In this document: piece after piece, positions 10,694 through 20,454 of the stretch | Layout: every line of letters starts with the position of its first letter | Numbering within the stretch: the stretch's first letter is position 1 | Assembly: GCA_965660855.1 (NCBI GenBank) | Contig: CBFIBM010000006.1 | Coordinates: 1 to 64,000 of the forward strand | Direction: 5' to 3' | Length of the DNA: 64,000 nucleotides | Source of the DNA: an uncultured bacterium | GTDB lineage: Bacteria; Fidelibacterota; Marinisomatia; Marinisomatales; UBA1611 | The notes under the pieces: generated by a model | Databases searched by the model: none | Told to the model about the DNA's origin: nothing | What the model saw: only the letters and a program-made list of their open reading frames with translations | Program-made: the position numbers and the translations under genes

Positions 10694-10984
10694 CTATTTG
10701 ACAGTTACTCTTTTATCTAAATATTGTAAATAAGATGTTAAGTATAAGTTTTTTGCATGCTGCTCTTTTTCAAATTTTATCAATTCTTCCTTGAGACTTA
10801 ATTTTAATGCCTCATTATTTTCATTCATTGTCAATAACATTTCTTCATGTTCTACTAACTTTTTCATGATTTCAGTTTGGTTTTCCATAACCGAAATCAC
10901 ATTATCCTTAGATTGCCCCATGAAAATAAATGAGGAAAATACAAGCATACCACCGGTAAACAATCCTTTTAAGTATGATTTCAT
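10694..10984 (-). CDS. Hypothetical exported coiled-coil protein
   Basis: N-terminal hydrophobic segment followed by a charged helical region; AAGGA RBS. Confidence 0.6.
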   Translation of the reverse strand: MKSYLKGLFTGGMLVFSSFIFMGQSKDNVISVMENQTEIMKKLVEHEEMLLTMNENNEALKLSLKEELIKFEKEQHAKNLYLTSYLQYLDKRVTVK

Positions 10985-11164
10985 AAACTATCCTTTTAAA
11001 ATTAAAAAAAATTTAAATTACAATTTAGTAAGGGAAAAAGATAAATCAATATTTGAAATTTTTAGTTTTTAATTACTTCAAAATCTCTAGTATAAATCTT
11101 TGTTAATTTTTTTAAAAAAAATTAAGTAGTTCTTATTTCTCCAACGTATAACATAAGGTAGAGA

Positions 11165-11212
11165 TTACAGTTTAAAATTTTTAGTATCTATCACTATAAC
11201 AATTTTCTTCAT
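11165..11212 (-). CDS. Possible 15-aa small ORF (MKKIVIVIDTKNFKL)
   Basis: GGAGG RBS 8 nt upstream of ATG 11212; TAA at 11165-11167; lies just downstream of the hairpin at 11248-11275. Confidence 0.3.
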   Translation of the reverse strand: MKKIVIVIDTKNFKL

Positions 11213-11247
11213 AATCTAAACCTCCAAGTTTTTTCATGAAGAAATTA

Positions 11248-11275
11248 AAGAGCCTTAAGAATCCTTAAGGCTCTT
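11248..11275 (-). terminator. Probable intrinsic terminator of the susC-susD-Rieske operon
   Basis: 12-bp perfect stem AAGAGCCTTAAG / CTTAAGGCTCTT with a 4-nt loop, about 30 nt after the Rieske stop; the U-tract is short. Confidence 0.65.
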
Positions 11276-11304
11276 ATCTTATCTATACAGTTAAAAAATA
11301 TTTT

Positions 11305-11745
11305 CTATTTACTTATAATTAAAATGTTTTGATCAATGCTGGTATTATATTCTTTTAATCTTCCATTTGCAGGTCCAGATATAGCGACACCGTTTGCATT
11401 AAATTTTCCACCATGACCAGATACACATGTAGATACACCATTTTGAAAAGGACTTAGATTATAACCAGAATGAGTACAATTATTGGTAAACGCCCTTATA
11501 GTATCACCTGTTCGAAGTAATAAGAGACCTTGTGAATCTATAATATTACCAGATATTATAATGGATCCACCATCTTGTAATAATTGATTATACTCTTCTA
11601 GCTCAAGATCTAATACTAACTCATCCCCTTCTTCAGATGGCACTGTAACATTGTTGGTACAACTTTGGATGATTGATAAACCAGAAGAAATTGTACATGC
11701 ACAAAGAATTTTGGTAGTATTGTTTAGAAATTCTCTTCTTTTCAT
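11305..11745 (-). CDS. Tat-exported Rieske [2Fe-2S] lipoprotein
   Basis: MKRREFL twin-arginine start (ATG 11745; the track started 6 codons earlier); lipobox-like IIQSC; CTHSG and CVSGHGGKF ligand boxes; SGPA. Confidence 0.8.
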   Translation of the reverse strand: MKRREFLNNTTKILCACTISSGLSIIQSCTNNVTVPSEEGDELVLDLELEEYNQLLQDGGSIIISGNIIDSQGLLLLRTGDTIRAFTNNCTHSGYNLSPFQNGVSTCVSGHGGKFNANGVAISGPANGRLKEYNTSIDQNILIISK

Positions 11746-11847
11746 TTTACAGATACCTTCCATTTAATCTTTTTAAAATAAATTAAGACATAAAAAAAGA
11801 TCGAAATGAATATCTTCTTAAAAAATTAGAACAAATGTAGGATTTTT

Positions 11848-13185
11848 CTATGGATAATTAGGATTACTTAATTCTTCCTCATAAGGTATTGGTAAATAAT
11901 GCCAGGTATTATCACCTGATATATGCCAAGGTAGTAAATCAGAAAAACGGTTCTGATCGATTAATCTCTGACCTTGACAAAATAATTCTTTATCTCTTTC
12001 ATGAAGTAGTATACTCAAATCTATATTCTCAATATTCTGAAGGCCATAAGAGCTTCTTACTATATTCACTGCATCTAAGGCAGATATATTTACAGATTCT
12101 CCTCTTAAGGAAAGTTCAGCTAAGATTAGATATGTTTCTTGCCAATTAATAATGGATATAGGTGAATCCGCATCCGGGTATTTTGTTTGGAAATATCTGG
12201 AGTAATTCTGCCCGGGTGTCATTGCAGCAACTGACATTGATAACCTTACAGACTCTTCAGATTCTGTAGGTCCATTATAAATACCGTCTCCTTGCCCTTG
12301 ATCAGCACCAGCTAAAGCACAATCTGTGAATACTTCACTGGTATCCCAAACATTGTTGCTATTGGTATCCTCGAAATCTTCTCCTAGCAAATACTTAAAT
12401 CTTGATGCAAGAGTGTAACGAGTTCTATTATTTCCTGCTTCATACCAATACCAATTCGGCCATGGATCTTCCAAACCAGGATATGCATTAAAAGAGGCAT
12501 CTCCACTTTGAAGACCTAATGAAGCATAGTTTGCTGCTTCTGAAAAATTTCCATTATATAAACTTTGACGTGCTAAAAGTGAATTAATAATTTTTATTTC
12601 TTGTTCATTCGCATAAACAAGCGCGGAATCAAAATAGGTAGCTGCCATTGAAATAAATTCGCCAGATGATTTAAATCCACTTCCATCTAAAGTTGCTCCA
12701 CCGTCGCTCGGATAATTTGGCCCTCTCCCATAGTAAGTTCCCAATAGATAGCATGGTAAAGCTTGATAAAGATACGCAGTATAGTATCCAGATTTTTCTA
12801 CAGATTCATCCGCATCAATTATATCTAACTTTTCTTTTAAAGTTTTTGCTGATCTCCAGGCCTGAGCTATAGCTTCATATGGAGGAGAATATGTTCCTGC
12901 TGTCGGATCATATGTCCCGTTATCAAGGTATTCACCTCTAACGTCTGTTGATCCTTGTACTTTCCCATCATTTACAATCACATCTGAAAGTAGATCAGCC
13001 CACAATGAAACATATGTATGCGCTCTAGAATAATTATTTAAAACACCATTTATGAGAAATGGAATATTTGATGCGTCATTTATATCATCATCATTAACGT
13101 AAGAAATCGGAGAAGTCGCATTCTCAACAAAAGATTCGCAACCAAGTGAAAATAACAATAATAAAGTAAGTGATAATTTTTTCAT
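11848..13185 (-). CDS. SusD/RagB-like surface lipoprotein
   Basis: Lipobox SLGC; ETYLILAE, AVNIVR, ILLHERDKELFCQGQRLID and LPIPYEE..NPN are SusD C-terminal motifs; starts 3 nt after the susC-like stop. Confidence 0.85.
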   Translation of the reverse strand: MKKLSLTLLLLFSLGCESFVENATSPISYVNDDDINDASNIPFLINGVLNNYSRAHTYVSLWADLLSDVIVNDGKVQGSTDVRGEYLDNGTYDPTAGTYSPPYEAIAQAWRSAKTLKEKLDIIDADESVEKSGYYTAYLYQALPCYLLGTYYGRGPNYPSDGGATLDGSGFKSSGEFISMAATYFDSALVYANEQEIKIINSLLARQSLYNGNFSEAANYASLGLQSGDASFNAYPGLEDPWPNWYWYEAGNNRTRYTLASRFKYLLGEDFEDTNSNNVWDTSEVFTDCALAGADQGQGDGIYNGPTESEESVRLSMSVAAMTPGQNYSRYFQTKYPDADSPISIINWQETYLILAELSLRGESVNISALDAVNIVRSSYGLQNIENIDLSILLHERDKELFCQGQRLIDQNRFSDLLPWHISGDNTWHYLPIPYEEELSNPNYP

Positions 13186-13188
13186 TTC

Positions 13189-16100
13189 TTAAAACCTAAT
13201 ATTTATTCCAAAATTATATACAGTAGGATAAGGCATTGTATGAACTTCAATGCTTCGATATCCCGTTCCAGTGGTTCCTATCGCACCTGTAACTGCGCCT
13301 GACATGTTTAACTCTGAGTCAACACCAACTGTCCCTTTAGGTCTCCATAATTTTACATTTTGTGCAGAAGCGAATACCCTCAAACCTGATAAAACATTAT
13401 CCATACCAATGCTAGGAAGATATTTATCAAGATTTATGCCAAAGTTCACCTCTCTCAATCTTGTAAAACTTCCATCCTCCGCATAATTAGATGAATAAGC
13501 AGGATGAGCATGAGCATAATCATTCGCAACCTGCTCCCATTCAGATTCTTTTCCATCCAATGGTATAGGTAAAAATACCGTTCCACCCGATGCGGCAAAT
13601 ATACTTTCATCGTAAGTACCGACTATTTCGTCTTCCGTTATCAAAGAGTTGACTGCACGTGTCATATCACCTGGTATGATATTCATCGCAGCAAAAAAGC
13701 TATCAAGACCTAATTTTTGAATAGAGCTAATCCAGCCAGTGTGACCATTATTATTTGGAAGAGTTGCCCACCACATACCACCTACTGCTGTAGAAAAACC
13801 AGATTTCCTCTCTATAACCATTGAAAAATCAAATATTTTATAATCAGCATCCAAAGAAAAATTAAATGTGTGTTGTGGAACAAGTCGATCAATAAAACCC
13901 TGTTCTTTTAGATTAAGACCATTGATTGGATCAAAAAATGGTAACGTTCCCTCCAATCCTAGTAGTGATAAATCAAAAGTATCAATTCTAGCACCTATGA
14001 CTTCTTGTCCCCACAAAGAATATTTTGGATAGCCTTCTCTTGTTGTTACAAGACCATAATTATCAAAAACTGGATCACCCATTTCCTTAACTTTGTTTTC
14101 GTTCCAACTATAATTGGCTGTCAGGTCAAGATTAAGGTCATTATTTCTTATGGCGGAAACAGTTATTAAAGCTTCAAATCCGTCCATCTCCATACTTCCA
14201 ATATTTTCAGGTCTTGCTATATTACCGTAGCCCATCGATGGTGCAAGAGGTCTATAAATTACTGAGTTTTCAGCCCATTGCTTATAGGATGTTACTTCTA
14301 AATAAAATAAGTCATTCCATGTCAAATCAATTCCAAATTCTCTTTCTTTAATTCTCTCGGGTTCAATTTCAGGATTACCAACTTTTGAAATCAAAGCTCC
14401 AGATCCATTACCACCAACACTCCCTGAATATAGAATGCTTTGCCCATCTGTATAATCTGGTAATACTCCACTTTCACCATATGCAGTTCTAAATTTTAGC
14501 ATCTGAAATTGTGAGGGTATAAAATTAAATTTATCCAACCTTGTTGAAAAGCGAAAACCAGGATACCCAATAGATTTAGAGGATGATCCCAGTGCGGAGC
14601 TATAATCTTTTCTATAGGAAAAAGTAAGATAATATTGATTTAAAAAAGATAATTCTTGAGTTACAATAGCTCCCGCATCTCTGGTATTACCTAGCCATTC
14701 ACCTGCCAGAGTTATATTAGATCCAGATCCAATGTCTGTAACAGCATTTTGCCCAAAAGCGTCTCTAGAAATTTCCATTCCATCCCAATATTTGTCAAAA
14801 AATTGTGCAGAAAGACTTGTTGTCCCTTTGATGATTCCGGTTTTATAATTCTGAGATGCACCTAAATTAATTAATGTATTTCTCTCATTTGATCTTTCCA
14901 TAGCTTTTGTACCACCATCAAAAAGTGCATAATTGAATCCAGCTGGAAAGAGGTGACTTTGATGACGCTCTGCGTCATCAATACCTATTTTTGCATTTAA
15001 TTGAAATGTATTTAAACCATATTTTAACACCTTATTAAAAGGATAATACTTAACGCTAGCTGAAGCAATTAAGCGTTTTATTTCAAAATCAACCCCTAAT
15101 TGAGATATAGAAGCACTATCTGATTCTTGCCAAGGATTAAAAGCAACTAAAGTATTATACATAACTCCATAAATATGATTGTCACTTGGTGGCATGATCG
15201 CATCAAGTGTGCTATATGAAGAGTTTAAACTGATTGTAAGATTGTCTTGTGGGATAAAGTCAAAATTTGCTCTTAACGTATTTCTGTCATAAAAATTTCT
15301 ATCTTTCCAGATTATCATTCCTTCTTCATGTCTTTTAGAAAAAGATAAAAAGTGACGAAATCTGTAGTCACCACCGCTCATACTAAAATAATTATCTCTT
15401 ATTGCACCATCAGACAAATAAGAATGAAATATGTCTCTATTTTGGAAACCATTATCAACCTTAAATCTCGGACTATTTGTTCCGGTGGAGCTCTTAAAAT
15501 TAAAAATAGGACCATCTTCGCTGGCAGTACCTTTTTTCGTTTCAATAAAAACAATACCATTTGATCCATTTGTTCCATAACTCGTTGCTGCAGCAGGACC
15601 TTTTAAAATTTCAATATTTTCAATATCATCCGGACTAAAGTCAAGCAATGTAGAGATTCCTTGTCCGCCCGTGGTTAGAGCATTTGATCCACCACCACCT
15701 ATTTCATCATTCATAATTCTCATTCCATCGATATAAATGACTGGTTGCTCATTACCATTAAGACCGCCTCCAGCACGCATGTCAAATCGAAACCCACCTC
15801 CCACAGTACCTGATGACTTCCTTATATCTAATCCACTTACTTTAGCCATCATCAGTGAACCAAAATCAGTATAGGATGATGATTCATTTAGTTTTCTAAC
15901 TTTTAAACGTGTCACGGAAACCTCAGAGACTTCAACTGATCTTTCAGATGCAATTCCAGTGACGACTACTTCCTCACTATCAAAGACATCTTCTATTAGG
16001 GTAAAATCAACCCCTTCTAAATTGTTTCCTTTGAGTAAGCCAGCATCAAAATCTGTATCTTCTGTGTCTAAACCCATTTTTTCAAGATACAATGCATCCT

Positions 16101-16386
16101 CAGAATTAATATCATCTTCTATGTCAGACTTGGATACATAAACTGATCTTTTGGAACTCCTATACCCAATGTAATCGCAGACAATGGTGTATTTATCAAT
16201 GGGAATGTTATCAATACGATAAGATCCACTGGAATCAGTTGAAGAACCAAGAGTGGTACCTAAAAGATATACATTCGATCCCCATAATGGGTTTCCGAAT
16301 TTATCCTTAACAACACCTTGTATTGAACCGTCCTGTGAAAATAGACCCACAAAAACTAAAAAATATATGTAAAAACTTAATCTCAT
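13189..16386 (-). CDS. SusC/RagA-like TonB-dependent receptor
   Basis: N-terminal carboxypeptidase-regulatory-like domain; EVVVTG TonB box; PVIYIDG and DIENIEILKGPAAATSYGTNGSNGIVFIETKKG SusC signatures; C-terminal Phe. Confidence 0.92.
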   Translation of the reverse strand: MRLSFYIYFLVFVGLFSQDGSIQGVVKDKFGNPLWGSNVYLLGTTLGSSTDSSGSYRIDNIPIDKYTIVCDYIGYRSSKRSVYVSKSDIEDDINSEDALYLEKMGLDTEDTDFDAGLLKGNNLEGVDFTLIEDVFDSEEVVVTGIASERSVEVSEVSVTRLKVRKLNESSSYTDFGSLMMAKVSGLDIRKSSGTVGGGFRFDMRAGGGLNGNEQPVIYIDGMRIMNDEIGGGGSNALTTGGQGISTLLDFSPDDIENIEILKGPAAATSYGTNGSNGIVFIETKKGTASEDGPIFNFKSSTGTNSPRFKVDNGFQNRDIFHSYLSDGAIRDNYFSMSGGDYRFRHFLSFSKRHEEGMIIWKDRNFYDRNTLRANFDFIPQDNLTISLNSSYSTLDAIMPPSDNHIYGVMYNTLVAFNPWQESDSASISQLGVDFEIKRLIASASVKYYPFNKVLKYGLNTFQLNAKIGIDDAERHQSHLFPAGFNYALFDGGTKAMERSNERNTLINLGASQNYKTGIIKGTTSLSAQFFDKYWDGMEISRDAFGQNAVTDIGSGSNITLAGEWLGNTRDAGAIVTQELSFLNQYYLTFSYRKDYSSALGSSSKSIGYPGFRFSTRLDKFNFIPSQFQMLKFRTAYGESGVLPDYTDGQSILYSGSVGGNGSGALISKVGNPEIEPERIKEREFGIDLTWNDLFYLEVTSYKQWAENSVIYRPLAPSMGYGNIARPENIGSMEMDGFEALITVSAIRNNDLNLDLTANYSWNENKVKEMGDPVFDNYGLVTTREGYPKYSLWGQEVIGARIDTFDLSLLGLEGTLPFFDPINGLNLKEQGFIDRLVPQHTFNFSLDADYKIFDFSMVIERKSGFSTAVGGMWWATLPNNNGHTGWISSIQKLGLDSFFAAMNIIPGDMTRAVNSLITEDEIVGTYDESIFAASGGTVFLPIPLDGKESEWEQVANDYAHAHPAYSSNYAEDGSFTRLREVNFGINLDKYLPSIGMDNVLSGLRVFASAQNVKLWRPKGTVGVDSELNMSGAVTGAIGTTGTGYRSIEVHTMPYPTVYNFGINIRF

Positions 16387-16480
16387 GTTATCTGAACTTC
16401 CTTTCCAAAATAGATTTCAAATTATAAAATAATTAATTTTTATACAACTAAAAGAAACTACTTGACGTGTAAAAAGAAAT

Positions 16481-16498
16481 AATTAACGGTCGTTAATT
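16481..16498. promoter_or_regulatory. Candidate operator AATTAACG-GT-CGTTAATT
   Basis: Perfect 8-bp inverted repeat about 95 nt upstream of the susC-like start. Confidence 0.5.
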
Positions 16499-16579
16499 TT
16501 ATGCTATAATATTTCAGTTATAGATTAGTTTATAAATTAAATCTAAAAACAACTATTAAAAACTTGCATATCCCTTTCA

Positions 16580-16838
16580 TTAGGATCCTCCATTCTGATA
16601 AGAATTGATAATTAGTAATATTAACCTAGGAGAAAATAAAAATACTGTAAATAAAAAAATGAGATTGGAACTAACAAACACCAATATGATTAAAATATCT
16701 CTTGTTTTGTTCAATAATTTTATTTTCGATTGATGGATTTTTTTTTAGGTTTTTTCCTCTTAATTCTCTTCGGTAGAGATTAAGAATTTCATTAATAGGA
16801 ATTTCATGAGCTGGTTTTAGAATTTTTATTTTTTTCAT
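16580..16838 (-). pseudogene. Small membrane-protein gene split by a frameshift at an A9 run
   Basis: AAAGGA RBS and ATG 16838 give a 55-aa ORF (TAG at 16671). The +1 frame opens at the A9 run (16738-16746) and encodes a hydrophobic segment to TAA 16580; A8 would give one 85-aa ORF. Confidence 0.4.
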
Positions 16839-16940
16839 TTTTAAATCCTTTTTCTAAATTTACAGCAAATAGTATTCAAATACACTTTTAAATGATTAAT
16901 TGTCATGTAAACCAAAAAATAAAATCCATAAAAAGTCAAA

Positions 16941-17012
16941 TTGACAAAGTTTTACGCCGAAAAGTACATTGGAGTTAAATTATTACTATTATTTTTTGCG
17001 ATTGAATCTCAA
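16941..17012 (+). promoter_or_regulatory. Putative sigma70 promoter followed by a Fur-family-like 8-1-8 box
   Basis: TTGACA (16941-16946), 18-nt spacer, TACATT (16965-16970); TTGCGATT-G-AATCTCAA at 16996-17012 is 7/8 palindromic. Confidence 0.35.
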
Positions 17013-17206
17013 TAGCATTAAATTATGATAGATGAAATCAAAGTGTTGCAAAAAATATAAAAAAAAGAAAAATAAATGGTGTAAAAAATGCCCAAAGAAA
17101 AGCTGTCTTGTTCTTTCTGATTCAAACTCCAACATAATTTTGCTTTAACAATCTGTAAATAGTTTTTTAAATTTATATATTTTATAGATTAATTACAGGT
17201 AAAAAT

Positions 17207-17665
17207 ATGAAAAACTTAATCGCTCTTACCATTATATCACTCTTTTTCACTTCATGTAGTGATGAGAATGACAATGACTCTACTTCAAATGATTTAGATT
17301 ATATTGGTCAATGGCTCCTTACCTTTTCTGGTACTTATGAAGGAAGTGAATGTTCGGGCGACCTCATGGGATCAGGTGATGGTAGTACTGATGGCAGTAC
17401 CTTTATTACATTATACGAAGATGGTACTTACTTAAGTACGGACAGTTTTTTCTGTACAGAACCTGATAATGTGAATGATCCTAATTGCCAAGGTACTTGG
17501 TCGTCAAATACTTCTGGAGTCATTATTACTTCTTTTTTCTCAATTACTTATCTTGTAGATGAAGAAAATGGAATAAGGACTATGACTTCCGAGTTACAAG
17601 GTGAAATGACTTCAAATGGAGAAACAACTCAAACCTGTTCCAAATCGATTTATACTCAGCAATAA
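17207..17665 (+). CDS. Hypothetical lipoprotein (possibly lipocalin-like)
   Basis: Lipobox FTSC; YIGQW and GTW motifs; several Cys residues. Confidence 0.7.
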   Translation: MKNLIALTIISLFFTSCSDENDNDSTSNDLDYIGQWLLTFSGTYEGSECSGDLMGSGDGSTDGSTFITLYEDGTYLSTDSFFCTEPDNVNDPNCQGTWSSNTSGVIITSFFSITYLVDEENGIRTMTSELQGEMTSNGETTQTCSKSIYTQQ

Positions 17666-17754
17666 GTAATTGACATCGAATTTTTCAACAAGGAAAGGAA
17701 AATAAAAAATGAAATCTATCTATTATTTTTTCTTTAGGAGAATAAATAATTAAT

Positions 17755-18321
17755 ATGAGGTTTTTTTTACTAACGTTTTTTTTTCTTGAAATATGCTATT
17801 GCAATGATACTCTATCTGTTTTTGACTTTATAAAAAATGGTGTTAATAAAAATGAATTTAAAATTGAAAAAGATTACTCTCCAGTGATTAAAGATAGTTT
17901 CTACTCTTATATTGATGCTCTGAATGATCAATCGGTAAAACATATTTCTAATTTTTTCAATTTTGAAAGATATATTTGGAACTCTGGGCCTGTATTCCAT
18001 TTTGGAGATAATACTCCTATTGTTTTTGAGACACCTTATGAACTTGATTCATTTTTTACTAATTGGAAACAATCACAAAAAAATTATAATAATACCACAC
18101 AGGTAGATACAGTCATAATTACTCCTATCTCTGGTGGAGAAGATGCAAAAGTTTATATGGTTGATGCTTCTCTGTCTCGATATGATTCAAATGGGAAACT
18201 AATTAAAATGAGTCGTAATTTATATTATTTTCAAACGAATAGGAATTCTGGTTTGAAAAAACTTTTTAAAAAATGGAAAAACTGGACAATTTATTTAGTC
18301 TCAGAAATAAGTATGAATTAA
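17755..18321 (+). CDS. Hypothetical exported protein
   Basis: AGGAG upstream; short signal-like N-terminus; 188 aa. Confidence 0.6.
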   Translation: MRFFLLTFFFLEICYCNDTLSVFDFIKNGVNKNEFKIEKDYSPVIKDSFYSYIDALNDQSVKHISNFFNFERYIWNSGPVFHFGDNTPIVFETPYELDSFFTNWKQSQKNYNNTTQVDTVIITPISGGEDAKVYMVDASLSRYDSNGKLIKMSRNLYYFQTNRNSGLKKLFKKWKNWTIYLVSEISMN

Positions 18322-18428
18322 CCCTAATAATGCACCAATATAAAATAAGAGAAGCATTAAAAACATATAAATTATTTTAATAAGGTTTTTCAGCCTTTTA
18401 TAATAATTGAATAATAATAAATTAAAAG

Positions 18429-18806
18429 ATGAATCTTAACTATATATATTTGACAGTCCTTTTAATAATAGCGATATTAGTTTATATTAATTTGAACTCC
18501 AATACTCCTGAAATCCAAGCAGCTTCAGCATCTAAATTAATCAATGATGAAAATCATATATTTTTAGATGTCAGAACCGATTCAGAGTATAACAGTGGTC
18601 ATATTAAGAATTCATATCACATACCATTACAAAGTTTGCAAGACAGGCTAGATGAAATTGAAACAATTAAAAATAAAAATATCATTGTTTACTGCAGATC
18701 TGGCGCTAGATCTAGCAAGGCAACAAAATTTTTATCGCAAAATGGTTTTCGTGTAAGAAATCTTGTAGGGGGTGTACTAAGTTGGGATAGTAAATTGGTG
18801 AAATGA
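18429..18806 (+). CDS. Rhodanese-like domain protein with N-terminal membrane anchor
   Basis: LDVRT..EY..GHI and YCRSGARS active-site loop. Confidence 0.9.
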   Translation: MNLNYIYLTVLLIIAILVYINLNSNTPEIQAASASKLINDENHIFLDVRTDSEYNSGHIKNSYHIPLQSLQDRLDEIETIKNKNIIVYCRSGARSSKATKFLSQNGFRVRNLVGGVLSWDSKLVK

Positions 18807-19474
18807 TACCAAAATACCTACTTTATATAATTATTTTTTTTTCAACTATATTTTCCCAAACTGAAAAAAACACTTTTAATCTCAAAGATAAAAACCATAG
18901 TTGGAGCTTGAACTATGATCAAGAGGGACTTTTCTCAGACGCTTATTTTCACTACAATTTAAATATAGGTCTATTTGGTGAAATATATATTAATGATATT
19001 ACTACTAATAATGATAGAAATACTCTCTACAATCTCTCATTCGGTTTTATGACAAATATTGAGGATCAAATTACAATTGGCATTGGTTATACAAATTATT
19101 TCAATAACGAAAATTACATTGAGCATGAAGTTTTTTTCGGTTCTAATTACAATTTTTTATCTGGTATTTTTTACTATGATATGTTTGAAAAAAGTCTTTC
19201 TTTTCAATCAATCTTAAATATAAATTTAATATTTGAACATTTACCTTTAGATCTGAGCCATTCCTTTACTTTTGATGGTACAAATTTTGAGTCATTCCTT
19301 GACATATCTAAAACATTTAGTAGCAATATTTTTCTTGGTTATATATTTTCTAGAGAGCAAATTGAGGGAATTAGGACTATTAGTTATTCCAAAAATGGTA
19401 AAACTGGCACCTATAATATTTCAAATAATAGAATGTCTTTTTATAACGAGTTCTACGTTGGCTTTTATTTCTAA
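18803..19474 (+). CDS. Hypothetical outer-membrane beta-barrel-like protein
   Basis: Signal peptide; alternating aromatic beta strands; C-terminal FYVGFYF; ATGA overlap with the rhodanese gene. Confidence 0.6.
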   Translation: MIPKYLLYIIIFFSTIFSQTEKNTFNLKDKNHSWSLNYDQEGLFSDAYFHYNLNIGLFGEIYINDITTNNDRNTLYNLSFGFMTNIEDQITIGIGYTNYFNNENYIEHEVFFGSNYNFLSGIFYYDMFEKSLSFQSILNINLIFEHLPLDLSHSFTFDGTNFESFLDISKTFSSNIFLGYIFSREQIEGIRTISYSKNGKTGTYNISNNRMSFYNEFYVGFYF

Positions 19475-19494
19475 AAAAGTTTTAATTTGATTCT

Positions 19495-20451
19495 ATGAAG
19501 AACATATCGTTATCATTTTTTGTTATCTCTATTTTTTTTTCATGCGAGGAACCTCAAGATATAACTCCTCCATCACTAAACATAATCAGTCATGTATCAA
19601 ACCAGATAGTCTCAGGTATTTCTACTATAATAGTTACAACTGAAGATAATGGAAGTGTTGAAAAAGTCGAATTTCAAATTGATAATATAATTATAGCGAC
19701 TGATTTTGAATCTCCCTTTGAATATGAATGGAACACAGAACTTTATGACAACCTTTCATCCCATACACTCCAGGTAACCTCTTATGACAGGTCTGGAAAC
19801 TTTACACACTCTGATACACTACTTCTTATTATTGACAACAGAGTATCTTTTTGGGGTCAACATTATGATATAAATAATACAAACGTTTTAGATTTAGAGT
19901 CCTTTCGCATTAACTCAGGAGAATTACTTCCTGCCCCGATACCGATTAAAATTGGTGACCTAGTTAACTTGCGAATACTTAATTTAAGTTTGAATAAACT
20001 TAATGATACAATTCCAAATGAATTATTTAATTTACTTAATTTAGAAGAACTTTATTTAAATGATAACAACTTAATTGGTCCAATTTCAGATAATATCGCC
20101 AAACTTCAACAATTAAATATTTTGTCCATAATCGGTAATGAAATATCAGGAAATATTCCATCTGAAATTGGAGACTTAAATAACTTAAAAGAAATATTTT
20201 TAAATGATAATCAACTAAATGGCACTATTCCTGAAGAAATAGGAAGCCTTACAAACCTCACTGAACTTCGACTCCAGAATAATCAACTGAAGGGAATAAT
20301 TCCTCAAACAATATGTAACCTTAGTGAAGAAATATATTACAATGTCTTAGGAACTACAAATTTCTCAAACAATAAGCTATGTCCACCTTATCCGTCCTGT
20401 ATAGAGGATTTTATAGGTTTGCAAGATACTTCAGAATGCAATCAATATTAA
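19495..20451 (+). CDS. Lipoprotein with an Ig-like domain and plant-type leucine-rich repeats
   Basis: Lipobox FFSC; Ig-like segment (DNGSVEKVEF...PFEYEW); about five 24-aa LxxLxLxxNxLxGxIPxxI repeats; Cys-containing cap. Confidence 0.85.
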   Translation: MKNISLSFFVISIFFSCEEPQDITPPSLNIISHVSNQIVSGISTIIVTTEDNGSVEKVEFQIDNIIIATDFESPFEYEWNTELYDNLSSHTLQVTSYDRSGNFTHSDTLLLIIDNRVSFWGQHYDINNTNVLDLESFRINSGELLPAPIPIKIGDLVNLRILNLSLNKLNDTIPNELFNLLNLEELYLNDNNLIGPISDNIAKLQQLNILSIIGNEISGNIPSEIGDLNNLKEIFLNDNQLNGTIPEEIGSLTNLTELRLQNNQLKGIIPQTICNLSEEIYYNVLGTTNFSNNKLCPPYPSCIEDFIGLQDTSECNQY

Positions 20452-20454
20452 AAT

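Noticed and set aside
16387..17206. Cobalamin or TPP riboswitch upstream of the TBDR
   Set aside because: No B12-box or TPP consensus was recognisable by eye; an Rfam scan would be needed to exclude it formally.
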